A DNA stretch of 64,000 nucleotides from Octopus vulgaris (lineage: Eukaryota), in NCBI GenBank assembly GCA_951406725.2, contig OX597829.1, positions 9,176,001-9,240,000 of the forward strand. The letters run 5' to 3'. Below the pieces are notes generated by a model. It was not told where the DNA came from. It saw only the letters and a program-made list of their open reading frames with translations, and did no database searches. Positions 44,502-57,250 of the stretch are shown here, one piece after another (the stretch's first letter is position 1; the number at the start of each line of letters is the position of its first letter). Both the position numbers and the translations under genes were made by a program.

Positions 44502-44636
44502 ACCAAAAAAGAAAAAAACGAAAGGAAAAAAGAGGGCTACTTACTGTAATGTATTTTTTTGCATGACACTATTGCCCAAGGTTCCCGTGGTCTATATATG
44601 TGTGTATATGTCTGTCAATCTGTCTCTATCTGCCTG

Positions 44637-44719
<83 letters not shown>

Positions 44720-44791
44720 CGCTCTATCTCTCTCTCTCGCTCTATCTCTCTCTCTCGCTCTATCTTTCTCTCTCGCTCTCTCTCTCTCTCT

Positions 44792-44858
<67 letters not shown>

Positions 44859-44994
44859 CTCCACTCTCTCTATATAATGTATCTATGTGTCTGTCTGTCT
44901 GTCTATCTCTAGTAATTTATCTATATATCTATGTGTGTGTATGTGTGTATGTGTATGTGCACGCGCGCGCGTGTGTGTGTGCATGTGAGAGAGA

Positions 44995-45282
44995 AAGCAT
45001 GTGGCCAAGTGGTTAGGCTTGTAACGCTCTCAATCGCTAGATCGTGGTTTCAATTCCTAGGGCGTTGTGTTCTTGATCAAAACACTTCATCTCGCGTTGC
45101 TCTGCGATCACTTCTACACCTGATGCACGGCACACCGTGCCCCTGTGCGGGCAACTTCGATTTGATGGAGAAAGTGAGTTAATGTGCGACACGAACAATT
45201 GATTCATCATAAACAAATCATTTGTGCAGGTCATTCAGCAAAAGCCGAACGTTCATACGTCGTCTTCGACGGGTGAGTTCAC

Positions 45283-45285
<3 letters not shown>
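44995..45285 (+). mobile_element. Old tRNA-derived SINE (family D)
   Basis: A box TGGCCAAGTGG and B box GGTTTCAATTCC. Head resembles 49457-49540. (CA)n tail. Confidence 0.7.
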
Positions 45286-45345
<60 letters not shown>

Positions 45346-45386
45346 GCACCTGAGCACTGTATACAATAATTTCATTATTATTATTA

Positions 45387-45555
<169 letters not shown>

Positions 45556-46245
45556 CATTATTATTATTATTATTATTGCGACGATGATGATGAATGTTGA
45601 TGATGATGACGATGACGATGATACACATAAAAACGATCGTAATAATCATACCCTTATTGACACACACACACACACACACACACACTCACTGTCTCTCCCT
45701 CACACACACACGTACACACACACACAAACACACACACACACACGATCAAAACTGTTCACTTACTCATTGAACGTTGTAATAACAGTCATCTGATGTTCAC
45801 ATGTAAGACCACGCTCTCTAAAAAAAGGTTTTAGGGTTTCCTCTAAAATTTAACAGGGGATCGGGTAGGGGACAGATTACTAAATTATCCGACAGAAAGC
45901 CATAAAAATCTATGAGTGAAAATGGAAGTTGCTGATGACAGTTCCGGTTTGAGACTGCCGTATGGCGTGATGATCGGAAGCTCTCTTGATTAGCAGAAGA
46001 ATGGTTGACATGTTCTTGGAGCATCTCTATGTGTTTACATACCACAAGCAATCTACGAATATATCTTTATTCTTCTTCCTCAATCTCTCTCTCCCATTTC
46101 TCTGTGTGTGTGTGTGTGTATGTGTGAGTGTATGTTTGTGTGTGTGCATCTGTGTGTGCGTATGTGTGTTTGTTTCTGCTACTGCATATGTCTGCATCTA
46201 TCTCTCTTTCTCTAATTTTCCCTTTGTTTTTCTTTTCTTTTCTCT

Positions 46246-46283
<38 letters not shown>

Positions 46284-46528
46284 CTTGTATTGTTCCTTTC
46301 TATTTCTGCCTTTATTCTCCTCTCCATCTTTTTGCATTTCATTGTGTTCTCCTGTTTTCCTGTTGCATTTTCTGCCTGTTTATGTATGTACGTATGTCCG
46401 CATGCACCTATGTACGTATGTATGAATGCATGTATGTGTATGTATGTATGTATGTATGTATGTATGTATGTATATATATATATATGTATGTATGTATCTA
46501 TCTATTTATCTGTCTGTATGTATGTACG

Positions 46529-46600
<72 letters not shown>

Positions 46601-46639
46601 TGTATTAATATCTGCATTCACGCACACACACATACATAC

Positions 46640-46975
46640 AGGACGTTCGGGTTAAATTTCGGGGTTGCATAAAAGGGAAAGAAATTACGATATCCATCCA
46701 AAAGGATTTCTTTCGTTGTCCAGAAGTATTCCTACAAACGTCTCGTCCCTTACTTTTAGTGAGGAATTGGAATGCTACTTTGGACACGCATGTAGACTAC
46801 GTGGGCAGAGATAGGAATAAACGGGGATGCAAATGCCTCAGAGACCTGCGCAGACGCTTTCAAGTATCTAACAGAAACCGACTCGACCACCCGATTACGC
46901 CAACGTGGACACGGAGCAACCGGATCGGGTCGTCGAGATCGTACCTAGATAGGATTCTGTGTAAGACAGTAGATA
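46640..46975 (+). pseudogene. APE endonuclease fragment of another Tx1-type subfamily
   Basis: WNATLDTHVDYVGRDRNKRGCKCL...WT.SNRIGSSRSYLDRILC is homologous to 41941-42300. Confidence 0.88.
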
Positions 46976-47508
46976 TATATTTGAAAAAATGAGTAGAGAT
47001 GTTTGTTTTGCGGGGTGGCTTAATTTTTATTTTAATTTTAATAATAATATTTACAGTGAGTTACTTTAATATGAGTTTCGAGGTTCAAGTACCCGTTTTT
47101 ATATACATGTGTGTACTTTTAAGAAAAAATGTTTTGCCATTTGAGCAACCAATAAAACATTATCATTACGTTTAAAATAAAAAAATTATCTTCCACCAAA
47201 AAAGCCATCGCTACCCATTCTTTCAAATATATAGAATACACTACCAAGAACTATCTCTTTCTTATTCTAATATATGGATTCAAATAAAATCCATATAAAA
47301 GCTCCTTAATGTATCATTCTACAAAACGTATAGAATATACAGTATGATACACGAGGAAGAAATACACTCCTTATCATAGTATATTTCTCTCGTTATTTAT
47401 CATTATATATGTATGTATATATAATAACATAGGGTAAAATTAATTAATTAATAACTCTACCAAGTAGTCGTCAGTACGTTAAAAAACCTTTTTAGGTAAA
47501 TTATACAA

Positions 47509-47735
47509 AATATTCTATGATTATGTACATAATTATAATCAGGAGTAAGCTAACTGCCTCACCACGTACTGAATTAGAAATAGACGCTAAAGTCTTTTCA
47601 ACAACCGAAGAAATATTTTTGTCGCGGAGATTTTTATGGTAGTTGAAAAGTCTTTAGTGTCTATTTCTAATTCACTACGTGGTGAGGCACTCAGCTGACT
47701 CTTGATTATAATTATGTATATAATTATAGAATATT
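47509..47735. repeat. Imperfect inverted repeat with 98-bp arms
   Basis: 47509-47606 vs 47638-47735, roughly ten mismatches. Unit ends in (TA)n. Confidence 0.92.
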
Positions 47736-47737
47736 AT

Positions 47738-47772
<35 letters not shown>

Positions 47773-48706
47773 TAGAATATTATATATATATACACACACA
47801 CATATATATATATATATACACTGACGAATTCTCCCTGAGCAAATAAATTATCTTTATTGCTGAAAAGAAAGAAACTGCAGTCTGAGAATAACCGAGTTAG
47901 TAAATGTTTTTATCTTCATTTCACTTAATTTATCAAGCTTCTGTGTTCCTAGCACATATTTCGCCTTAATGTACTGATATATGGAAAATATATGGCTTGT
48001 GTTAGTAATACCAGCGATTATAATTATTTTTATTTTATCGCAATTTGATTTGTTTATATATATGCATATATACATAAATATATATATATATATATACACA
48101 CTCACACATACACACACACAGGTTTAAGCATTTTTGTGTTTATTTTGTCAACCTATCTGCCTGTCCAACTATCCTTCTGTCTGTGTGTGTTATCATCTGG
48201 ACATCGGTCTTCCTCCAGCTTAGTAATAATGATAGTAATAGCAAGATTGCAAATGCAACAAAAATATTTTTTTGTGTGAAGCACCTTAGCAAAGAGCTCG
48301 ATGAAGTTAAAATGAATTCATGTTAAAAGCACTAATAGAATGGATTATAGTATTTGTGAACATTAGACTGATATTGGAATATATATCACGAATATTTATG
48401 TTTATACTTATAACAAATCAGTCATGATTCTTTCTGAAAACATTGAACTATTAAAGATTTCTCCGTTTTTGTCGGTCCTTTCTCTTCTTTCTGGCTGTTA
48501 ATTTCTATATCATTCTAGTTTATATAAATCTGTTGCAGTTTCCGCCGCCATTTGTTTCCCGTTATTTTACTTCCGTGAATGTTATAGCTCGAACCTTGTA
48601 TCCAGCGAAGAAATATTACATATACATACGTGCATGCATGCATACATACATACATGCATACATACATAAATACATACATACATACATATATACATGCATG
48701 CATACA

Positions 48707-48740
<34 letters not shown>

Positions 48741-48862
48741 CACACACACATACATACATACATGCATGCATACATACATACATACATACATACATAAATA
48801 CATACATACATACATACATGCATACATACATACATACATACATACATTCATACATACATACA

Positions 48863-48896
<34 letters not shown>

Positions 48897-48929
48897 CACA
48901 CACACATACATACATACATGCTTGCATAC

Positions 48930-48978
<49 letters not shown>

Positions 48979-49095
48979 CATGCATGCATACATAATACAT
49001 ACACACATACATACGTATATACATACGTACATACATACTATTGTTCAAGCATATATGCATATATCCCTACATATACATACATTTATATATCTATG

Positions 49096-49137
<42 letters not shown>

Positions 49138-49220
49138 CAGTTCAGATTTACAGAAAACTAAAGACGAAGACAGGTGAAGGAACAACAAGCAGATGTAACA
49201 GTTGGGAAGAATGGAAAAAT

Positions 49221-49256
49221 CCTTGACGTTTCGAGCCTACGCACTTCAACAGAAAG
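49221..49256 (-). ncRNA. Hammerhead-like motif with CUGUUGA core, in repeat unit at about 49150-49350
   Basis: Minus strand: CTTT-CTGTTGA-A-GTGC gtag GCTC-GAAAC-GTC-AAGG. Confidence 0.55.
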
Positions 49257-49455
49257 CATTAAGAGGAAAAGAAAACGGGGTTAGAATGAAAAAAACCCCC
49301 AAAAAACGGCGAGAGAAAAAATGTGTCGGGATCAAGGGTTCAACATGATGATATATACATGATGAAAAAAAGATATGTGCTTCAATATGTATGTGTGTGT
49401 ATATGAACACGCATATATTATATACACATATGTATATATTATATATGTAATATGT

Positions 49456-49838
49456 GGAGGCGCAATGGCCCAGTGGTTAGGGCAGCGGACTCGCGGTCGT
49501 AGTATCGCGGTTTCGATTCCCAGACCGGGCGTTGTGAGTGTTTATTAAGCGAAAACACCTAAAGCTCCACGAGGCTCCGGCAGGGGATGGTGGTGATCCC
49601 TGCTGTACTCTTTCGCCACAACTTTCTCTCTCACTCTTACTTCCTGTTTCTGTTGTACCTGTATTTCAAAGGGCCGGCCTTGTCACTCTCTGTGTCACGC
49701 TGAATCTCCCCGAGAACTACGTTAGGGTACACGTGTCTGTGGAGTGCTCAGCCACTTACACGTTAATTTCACGAGCAGGCTGTTCCGTTGATCGGATCAA
49801 CCGGAACCCTCGTCGTCGTAACCGACGGAGTGCTTCCA
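49456..49838 (+). mobile_element. tRNA-derived SINE (family C), apparently full length
   Basis: A box TGGCCCAGTGG and B box GTTTCGATTCC, about 380 bp, flanked on both sides by ATTATATATGTAATAT (TSD-like). Confidence 0.85.
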
Positions 49839-49894
49839 TTATATATGTAATATATAACATAACATAGCGTATATACACATACATACACACACAG

Positions 49895-49929
<35 letters not shown>

Positions 49930-49962
49930 TACTTAAGTTACTTGCTATGCAAGTACATCACC

Positions 49963-50013
<51 letters not shown>

Positions 50014-50774
50014 GAAAGGTGTATTTCCATACATTCAGATCCACATACATGTGGATATGAGAGTGTGTAGGTGTGTATTTGTGTGTGTATGTGCGTTTAT
50101 GTTTGCGTGTGTGTGCTTGTGCGTATGTGCGCACGCGCGTGCGTATGTGTATGGTAATATTTTCTGACGTCCATCGTTTTAGCTATAATTGTATTCCTTT
50201 AAATCCTTACTTTTCTCTCTCTCCCTACCTCCCAGTGTATGTATATCTGTCTGTCTAACAGTCTGTTTCTCATCTCTACATATATTCCTGATGCCTGTGT
50301 GTCTGTGTGTCTGTGCTTGCCTATTATTTGCTAACTCACTCACACACAAGCTGATTTCTCTTTTACACCTTCGCCAACCTTAATTCACATGTCAGAACCC
50401 CGCAACCTCATGCCGTATCCAACTCACTGATGTATTAAACCAGATAGATTAATTAAGTGAAGTGAGGCATGATTTAACAGCGCTACATGTGAAATAACGT
50501 AAGAATATAAAAATAAAAAGGAGGGAGAAAAAAACAACAACACCATTTGATGACATCCAACCTTATCTAAGGAGATACATAATGAATGGGTGTCTTAAAT
50601 CGGACAGACAGAGGGGTGGACAGTACAGACAGGCAAGTAGACAGACATGCAGACAGACACGAAGAAAAGAAAAGCAAGCAGACATCGAAAGGCAAACAGA
50701 CAGACAGACTGACAGACGTATTATCTGACCGAGAAAGGGGTAAGCTGACAGACAAACAGGCAAACAGACGAAAA

Positions 50775-50831
<57 letters not shown>

Positions 50832-50896
50832 TACATGTGGGTAGATGCAAGAACGCTTACATATGCACATCTATCCATCCGTCTATATATCTATCC

Positions 50897-50956
<60 letters not shown>

Positions 50957-51225
50957 GTCTGTCTATTTATCTATCTATCCATCTATTTATCTACCTATCT
51001 ATTTATCTCTCTATCTACCTATTTGTCTGTCTGCCTGTCATTCCCTCATATTTATCGACACACGGACAGAGAGTTTGACGAATAGACAGATAGATATCAG
51101 TACATATGTACAAGATAGACAGACAAGCATCTAGATAGATTTCTAGATAGATAAATTGATAGATAGATGGACAGTTTTTAATTCTTTTATTCGTTTCAGC
51201 TATGCGATTGCAACCCGTGCCACAA

Positions 51226-51268
<43 letters not shown>

Positions 51269-51957
51269 GAGAGAGAGAGGGAGAGAAAGATTAAGGAAAT
51301 AGACAGTGATACAAGGACATTAGATAAATAGCGTCAGACAAGACAAGCACAGAAGGACGAGAAACAAAACCTATATACATACATACATGCATCCATACGC
51401 ACACACACGCATGCATGTAGACATATATATACATATATACATATATATATATATATATGTATGTATATATATGTATATATATATATATTTTTAAAAAAAA
51501 AAAATATATATATATATAGAGAGAGAGAGAGAAAGAGAGTCGGAGAGAGAGATAGGTATACAGATGCGTATATCTATAGACATAAGTACATACATACACA
51601 AATACACACACACAGAAGCACATATACACACATGCACATACATACGCACACAAATTTAAGTGTAGAAAGAGGTGTAGGAAAAAAAAGGAGGAAGGAGAGG
51701 AGGAGGAAAAGAGGTGTGGGAAGAGGGTGAGTAGGTGAAATAGAAACGTAGATTGTATGATATGAATTGCAAATTGAGTTGAACATCAACATACACGCCG
51801 GATACACAACTATGTTAGTCCACACACATATATGTGTGTGTGAGTGTGTGCGCGCGTATATATATATATATATATTTACATGTATGTATGTAAAAATATG
51901 TGTGTATATATGTATATATGTATATATATATATATATATGTGTGCATGAATGTATGC

Positions 51958-51993
<36 letters not shown>

Positions 51994-52176
51994 GCACACA
52001 CATATATATGTAAGCATGTTTGTATGTATGTATACGTACAATTACGCATATTTTTACCAATATATATATATATATTGGCCTGGCGTCATTCAAAAGAGGC
52101 TAAAACAATGCGAACGCATTGTGACCAGCGATGTGTAACAACATCTGATGGTCTGGTCGGTGACGTGATCACGTGA

Positions 52177-52224
<48 letters not shown>

Positions 52225-52226
52225 AA

Positions 52227-52485
52227 GCGTGGTCGATGCCAGAACCGCCTGACTGGCACTACACTCACGGAGTGGTTGGCGTTAGGAAGGGAATCCAGCC
52301 GTAGACACTTTGCCAGATCAGATTGGCGCCTTCTGGCTTGCTAGCCCTTAGTAAAACCGTCCAACTCACGCCAGCATGGAAAGCGGACGTTAAACGACGA
52401 TGACCACGACGATGATGACGATGATGATGATGATGATGACCCCGACGATGATGACGATGACCACGACGATGATGATGATGATGAT
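52227..52485 (+). mobile_element. Short retroposon with RTE-type 3' end and (GAT)n tail
   Basis: Reverse-complement relative of 27538-27730. Confidence 0.75.
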
Positions 52486-52601
52486 GATATATATATGTAT
52501 GTATAATTCTCACTCACTTAAGGTACCAACTTCAGGGGCAGGTGATACCACGGCACTACCTTCGTGCGAGGGTAAACTACGAGTGCCGAAACCCTATACT
52601 A

Positions 52602-52646
<45 letters not shown>

Positions 52647-52668
52647 GTTATTATTATTATTATCCTTA

Positions 52669-52801
<133 letters not shown>

Positions 52802-52803
52802 CA

Positions 52804-52924
<121 letters not shown>

Positions 52925-52944
52925 CATCATTATTATTATTATTC

Positions 52945-55940
52945 AGTAGTTTTATTTTTATTTTTATAGCGTGCTTTCACTTCACTACCGAGCGCAGCTC
53001 TGTGTGCCTTGGGTATGTGCTGTGATTTGTTGTGATGCTCTGATGGTTATTGTATGGAAAGTGTTCTGCGTAGGATGTGGGCAGTGCCTAGTAGTGCAAT
53101 TTTCTGTATGTTATATGTGTTTGTAAGTCCTGGTGTTTTTGTTATGTATTTGTCTGAATATTTTTTTATCATGCCTAATGCACCTACTATGATAGGAATT
53201 GTTTCTGTTTTCAGATTCCACATTCTAGTTACCTCTATTTCCAGGTCTTTGTATTTTGAGAGTTTCTCCATTTCTTTTAGAGACACGTTGTCATCTGCCG
53301 GTATTGATACATCAATTAAAAAGCATTTTTTTTCTTCATGATCTCTGACAACTATATCTGGTCTGTTGGCCTTAATTTCTCTATCTGTGTGTATCGGCAT
53401 ATCCCAGAGTATGGTTGCTTTCTCGTTTTCTGTGACCTTTTCTGGTGTGTGCCTATACCATCTTTTTTCTGTTGTTATTCCATAATGTTGGCATAGCTTC
53501 CAATGTATGTAGGTTCCAACTCTGTCATGTCTGTGAATATATTCCTTCTTAGCCAGGACTGGGCAGCTAGAGATAATATGATTTATTGTTTCTTGTCCAT
53601 CTCCACATATTCTGCAGTTACTTGTAATATTTCTTTTCATTACATGTTTTTGGTAATTTCTGGTGGGGAGGCTTTGGTCTTGTGCTGCAATTAAAAATCC
53701 CTCTGTTTCTGCTTTGAGTCCTGAGCTTCTCAACCATTGCTGGGATTTTTCTTTGTCTATTTCTTTTGCGTTTAGTTTAGTGCAGTATTTACCATGAAGG
53801 GGCTTTTCTTGCCATCGTTTTATCATGGTTCGTTGCTGTTCTGTTTTTAGTTTGGATTTCATTTGTTTTATAGCTTTTGTTGTTTCTTCATCTTCTTCTT
53901 CTTCTTCTTCATGTTTATTAGGTGGTATGATTTCTTGTTTGTATTTGTCAGCTTCCTTAAATACTGAGAACAGTTTTTTGTTTTGCTCGTGTTTTGCCGC
54001 TATCTGGATCAGTTTTCCTTCCTTCTGAAGTAGATATTTTTGCAGTCCTATGGTGGTTATTTTATAGTAGTTTTCCAGCTGTATAAGGCCTCTACCACCT
54101 TCTATACGTTGTATATATAGTCTTTCTATGTCAGATTTTGGGTGATGCATCCTAGATCCTGTCATTATTTTTCTTGTTTTCCTATCTATTTTGGACAGTT
54201 CATTTCGTGTCCAGTTAAGGATATTGTAGCTGTAACATATAACTGGGACAGCTAAAGTGTTGATACCTATTATCTTGTTTTTAGCATTGAGCTCTGTGTT
54301 TAGTATTGATCTAACTCGTCTATAATATTCTTTTTTTATTTTCTCTTTCATTTGTGTGTGTTGTGTCTTATCTAGTTCATGGATTTCTAAGTATTTGTAA
54401 GTTTGGCTTTGGTCTAATTCTTTTATTTCATTGGTTTTATCTAGTGCGATGTTGTTACTCTTAACTAGTTTTCCTCTTTTCATGGTTACTTTGGCGCATT
54501 TTTCTAATCCAAATTTCATATCTATTTCTTTGGTAAATCCATGAACTGTCTTTAATAGTGTTTCCAGCTGTTTGTCATTTGCAGCGTATAGTTTTAGGTC
54601 ATCCATATATAAAAGGTGGCTGATCGTTTTGCCGTAACATTTATATCCGCATCCAGTTCTATTTAGCATATCAGATAGAGGTGACAGTGCCAAGCAGAAA
54701 AGGAGTGGAGAGAGCGTGTCTCCCTGGAATATTCCTCTTCTAATGGGAATGTCTTTGGTTTTCATGAGTCCCTCTTTTGTTTGGAGGTGTAGGACTGTTT
54801 GCCATTTATTCATAGAGTGCTTTATGAATTTTATGATTGTTGGTGCTACTTTGTTAATGGCTAGTGTTTCGAGGATCCATGTGTGGGGGATGCTATCAAA
54901 CGCCTTTTTGTAATCAATCCAGGCCATACTGAGGCCTTTCTTCTTTCTGTGGCTGTCTTCAGTTATGGCTTTATTAATCATTAGTTGATCTTTACAGCCA
55001 TATGAGCCTTTGCGGCATCCTTTCTGCTCTTCTGGGAACAGTTTGTTTTCGTCCAGGTGCTTGTTCAGCCTTTGTGATATCACTGCAGTAAATGCCTTGA
55101 ACATAGTAGGGAGGCAGGTTATTGGTCTGTAGTTTTCTGGTTTTTCTGTTTCATTTGATTTGGGAATTAAGATGGTTTTCCCCTTCGTGAGCCATTCAGG
55201 CATTGTCTCTGGCTCTGCTAGTACGTTGTTAAAGTTTTCAGCCAGCTTTTTGTGCATTCCTGTTAGATATTTCAACCAGAAGTTGGGGATCTTGTCATGC
55301 CCAGGTGCCTTCCAGTTGCTTAGTCTTTGCAGTGCCTGGGTGACCTCTTCAGTTGTTATGGGGGTCCAAAGTTGTTCAGATGCCGAGTTTGTAATTTTGA
55401 TACTCCTTTTTTTGGTGGTTCGTTCGCCGACCATATCTCTCTCCAGAATTCTTCCAATTCTTCTGCCGTTGGTGCTGCAGTGACTTCTATTTTATTTTTG
55501 CCCAGTTCTTGGTAGAACTTTTTGGGGTTGGAGCTGAACTTTTTGTTTTCTTCAAAGAAGCGTTGGCGTTTCTTGTACCGGCGGATCCTTTGTGCTTTGG
55601 CAAGGATATCTTGCTTCAGCTTTTCTTTTATTTCAGGCAAATCTTTCTCTGTCATGTTATATTTGCGGAGTATTTTTGTTCTCTTTTTGTTGCTCAGTAG
55701 CGTTGATTCTTTGCTGATTTCATTAAGAATCGACAGGTCTTTTCTAATTTTTTTTATTTTGCTTTGGATGTTATTTATCCACAGGGTTTGTTTGGTTGGT
55801 GGTACTCCTGTTTGGGCGGGTTTGGGTGAGTATCCAGCTTCTTTTGTGGCTGCAGTGGCTGCTGCGTATATTAAGTCATTTAGCTCAGTGATATCACTTT
55901 TTTTTTATTCAGTGGCTATCAGTTCAGTGACGGCTAGGTT
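52945..55940 (-). mobile_element. Dong/R4-type non-LTR retrotransposon (RT + restriction-like endonuclease), 5'-truncated, inside (TAA)n
   Basis: (TAA)n on both sides, 3' UTR of about 100 bp, and a nearly continuous ORF. Confidence 0.9.
53047..55434 (-). CDS. RT-zinc knuckle-RLE polyprotein, uninterrupted 795-codon C-terminal part
   Basis: KAPGHD, NYRPITCL, EEQKG, WIDYKKAFDS, GIFQGDTLSP, LYMDD, CRICG...HIISSC, RHD, RPDIVV...IDVSIP...EKLSKY. The N-terminal part continues in another frame (55356-55655). Confidence 0.92.
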   Translation of the reverse strand: MVGERTTKKRSIKITNSASEQLWTPITTEEVTQALQRLSNWKAPGHDKIPNFWLKYLTGMHKKLAENFNNVLAEPETMPEWLTKGKTILIPKSNETEKPENYRPITCLPTMFKAFTAVISQRLNKHLDENKLFPEEQKGCRKGSYGCKDQLMINKAITEDSHRKKKGLSMAWIDYKKAFDSIPHTWILETLAINKVAPTIIKFIKHSMNKWQTVLHLQTKEGLMKTKDIPIRRGIFQGDTLSPLLFCLALSPLSDMLNRTGCGYKCYGKTISHLLYMDDLKLYAANDKQLETLLKTVHGFTKEIDMKFGLEKCAKVTMKRGKLVKSNNIALDKTNEIKELDQSQTYKYLEIHELDKTQHTQMKEKIKKEYYRRVRSILNTELNAKNKIIGINTLAVPVICYSYNILNWTRNELSKIDRKTRKIMTGSRMHHPKSDIERLYIQRIEGGRGLIQLENYYKITTIGLQKYLLQKEGKLIQIAAKHEQNKKLFSVFKEADKYKQEIIPPNKHEEEEEEDEETTKAIKQMKSKLKTEQQRTMIKRWQEKPLHGKYCTKLNAKEIDKEKSQQWLRSSGLKAETEGFLIAAQDQSLPTRNYQKHVMKRNITSNCRICGDGQETINHIISSCPVLAKKEYIHRHDRVGTYIHWKLCQHYGITTEKRWYRHTPEKVTENEKATILWDMPIHTDREIKANRPDIVVRDHEEKKCFLIDVSIPADDNVSLKEMEKLSKYKDLEIEVTRMWNLKTETIPIIVGALGMIKKYSDKYITKTPGLTNTYNIQKIALLGTAHILRRTLSIQ

Positions 55941-56015
55941 TATTATTATTATTATTATTATTAATTATTATTAGTATTATTATTATTATCATTATTATTA
56001 TTATTATTATTATTA

Positions 56016-56106
<91 letters not shown>

Positions 56107-56111
56107 CATCA

Positions 56112-56385
56112 TTTCTTTTTATCACAGGTCTTGTTGGAACTCCTAGAGTCTTGCTGCCTGCAGTAGCAAATGGTTCCATGTTATTCCTTCTCTTCAGCTG
56201 TCCAATATTTTCCTGATTATTCTAATCATGCCAAGGAGGCAAACCTTTTGTAGCAGCTGTACTGGGAACTCTATTCCAATTTCCTTTATATTCTTTTTGA
56301 TGCCTTCTGATACTGTTCCTAAGGACCCAATAATAATTGGTATTATCTTCACCAACTTCATTTTCCATAGCCGGACTATTTCATT
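56112..56385 (-). mobile_element. 3' end of an older R4-type element
   Basis: EIVRLWKMKLVKIIPIIIGSLGTV...LLQKVCLLG..RIIRKILDS*, then a short UTR and (TAA)n tail. Confidence 0.85.
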
Positions 56386-56737
56386 TTTATTTATTTATTC
56401 ATTTATTTATTTTTGTAAATAAGGTGTGTAAGGCACCCAACTTTCGTTTGAGTGTTTTTCCAAGGGAGGAATTCGCCCCTAGGGGCAGTTTCAACCCTAT
56501 TTAATTTGTGTAATTTTCTTCTCGACATTAAAAAATGTCGAGAAATGTTATGGTAGAAAGCTGGTCGCGTTCCTTTATGGACCAGCATTTTCCTAGCGTT
56601 GAAACGCTAGGAGAAAAAAAGAACGCACACACATTCGACAAAGACAAACCTGAGTGACGTGGTAGTGAACGCTGCAACCACTTGCGGTAACCGCCCTGTC
56701 ACCACCACAACCACCACCACCACCACCACGACCAACA

Positions 56738-57250
56738 TCTATATATATAAAACTGTAGTTGTGTGAGTGTCTGTCCCCTTCGATTTAGATTCCTAACTAC
56801 TCCCACATTTTGCGGTGCAGTTTAACCAAATTCGGGTATCTTATAGTCGTGATTCATATCGAGCCTGTCTGGCTATTAGCGCGCGTCTACGATGAGTCTA
56901 CGATTTTAAAAATAATTTAACATCATTTTTTATTCCATTTTAATGCATAATTTTTCGTGTGTCGATGGCGGCGGAGTTGGCGTCCATGGTCACACCTGCA
57001 CCTGTTTGCTTCTCCCCCTTCTTCCCTCCCTCGTGAAGCTGTGGGGAAGGGAGTGTAAAGAAATCAACGTCGTAAAGCGTTGTCAAGGAGACCAGCGTTC
57101 TTTTAGAACGACGACTTCATGGCTTGAAGACACCAAAACAGAAATGGCTAAGAAAGCCCGAATTGGCATCTATAAGGGAAGTAACTCTCTAAAAATGCTT
57201 ATATAGTTATTTCCCTTACAAACCCGAGCAACGCCGGGCGATACAGCTAG
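56738..57250 (+). mobile_element. Non-autonomous Helitron, tandem copy 1
   Basis: 5' TC, 3' hairpin CCCG-AGCAACGC-CGGG and terminal CTAG. No TSD. Confidence 0.88.

Larger units (their letters stand above)
39010..44590 (+). mobile_element. Tx1-type (L1 group) non-LTR retrotransposon, copy A, decayed and chimeric
   Basis: ORF1 with CX2CX4HX4C knuckle (CYNCGSPEHLIAKC). ORF2 from 41656 with APE motifs (VAITET, VGDWN, YLDR, TDH), RT N-terminal motifs (PGLDG, NFRPITLLN, DQSKAFD) and C-terminal CPRC...H...C. Confidence 0.92.

Noticed and set aside
49456-49535. tRNA gene
   Set aside because: The A and B boxes continue into a 300-bp body without a terminator, so it is a SINE head.
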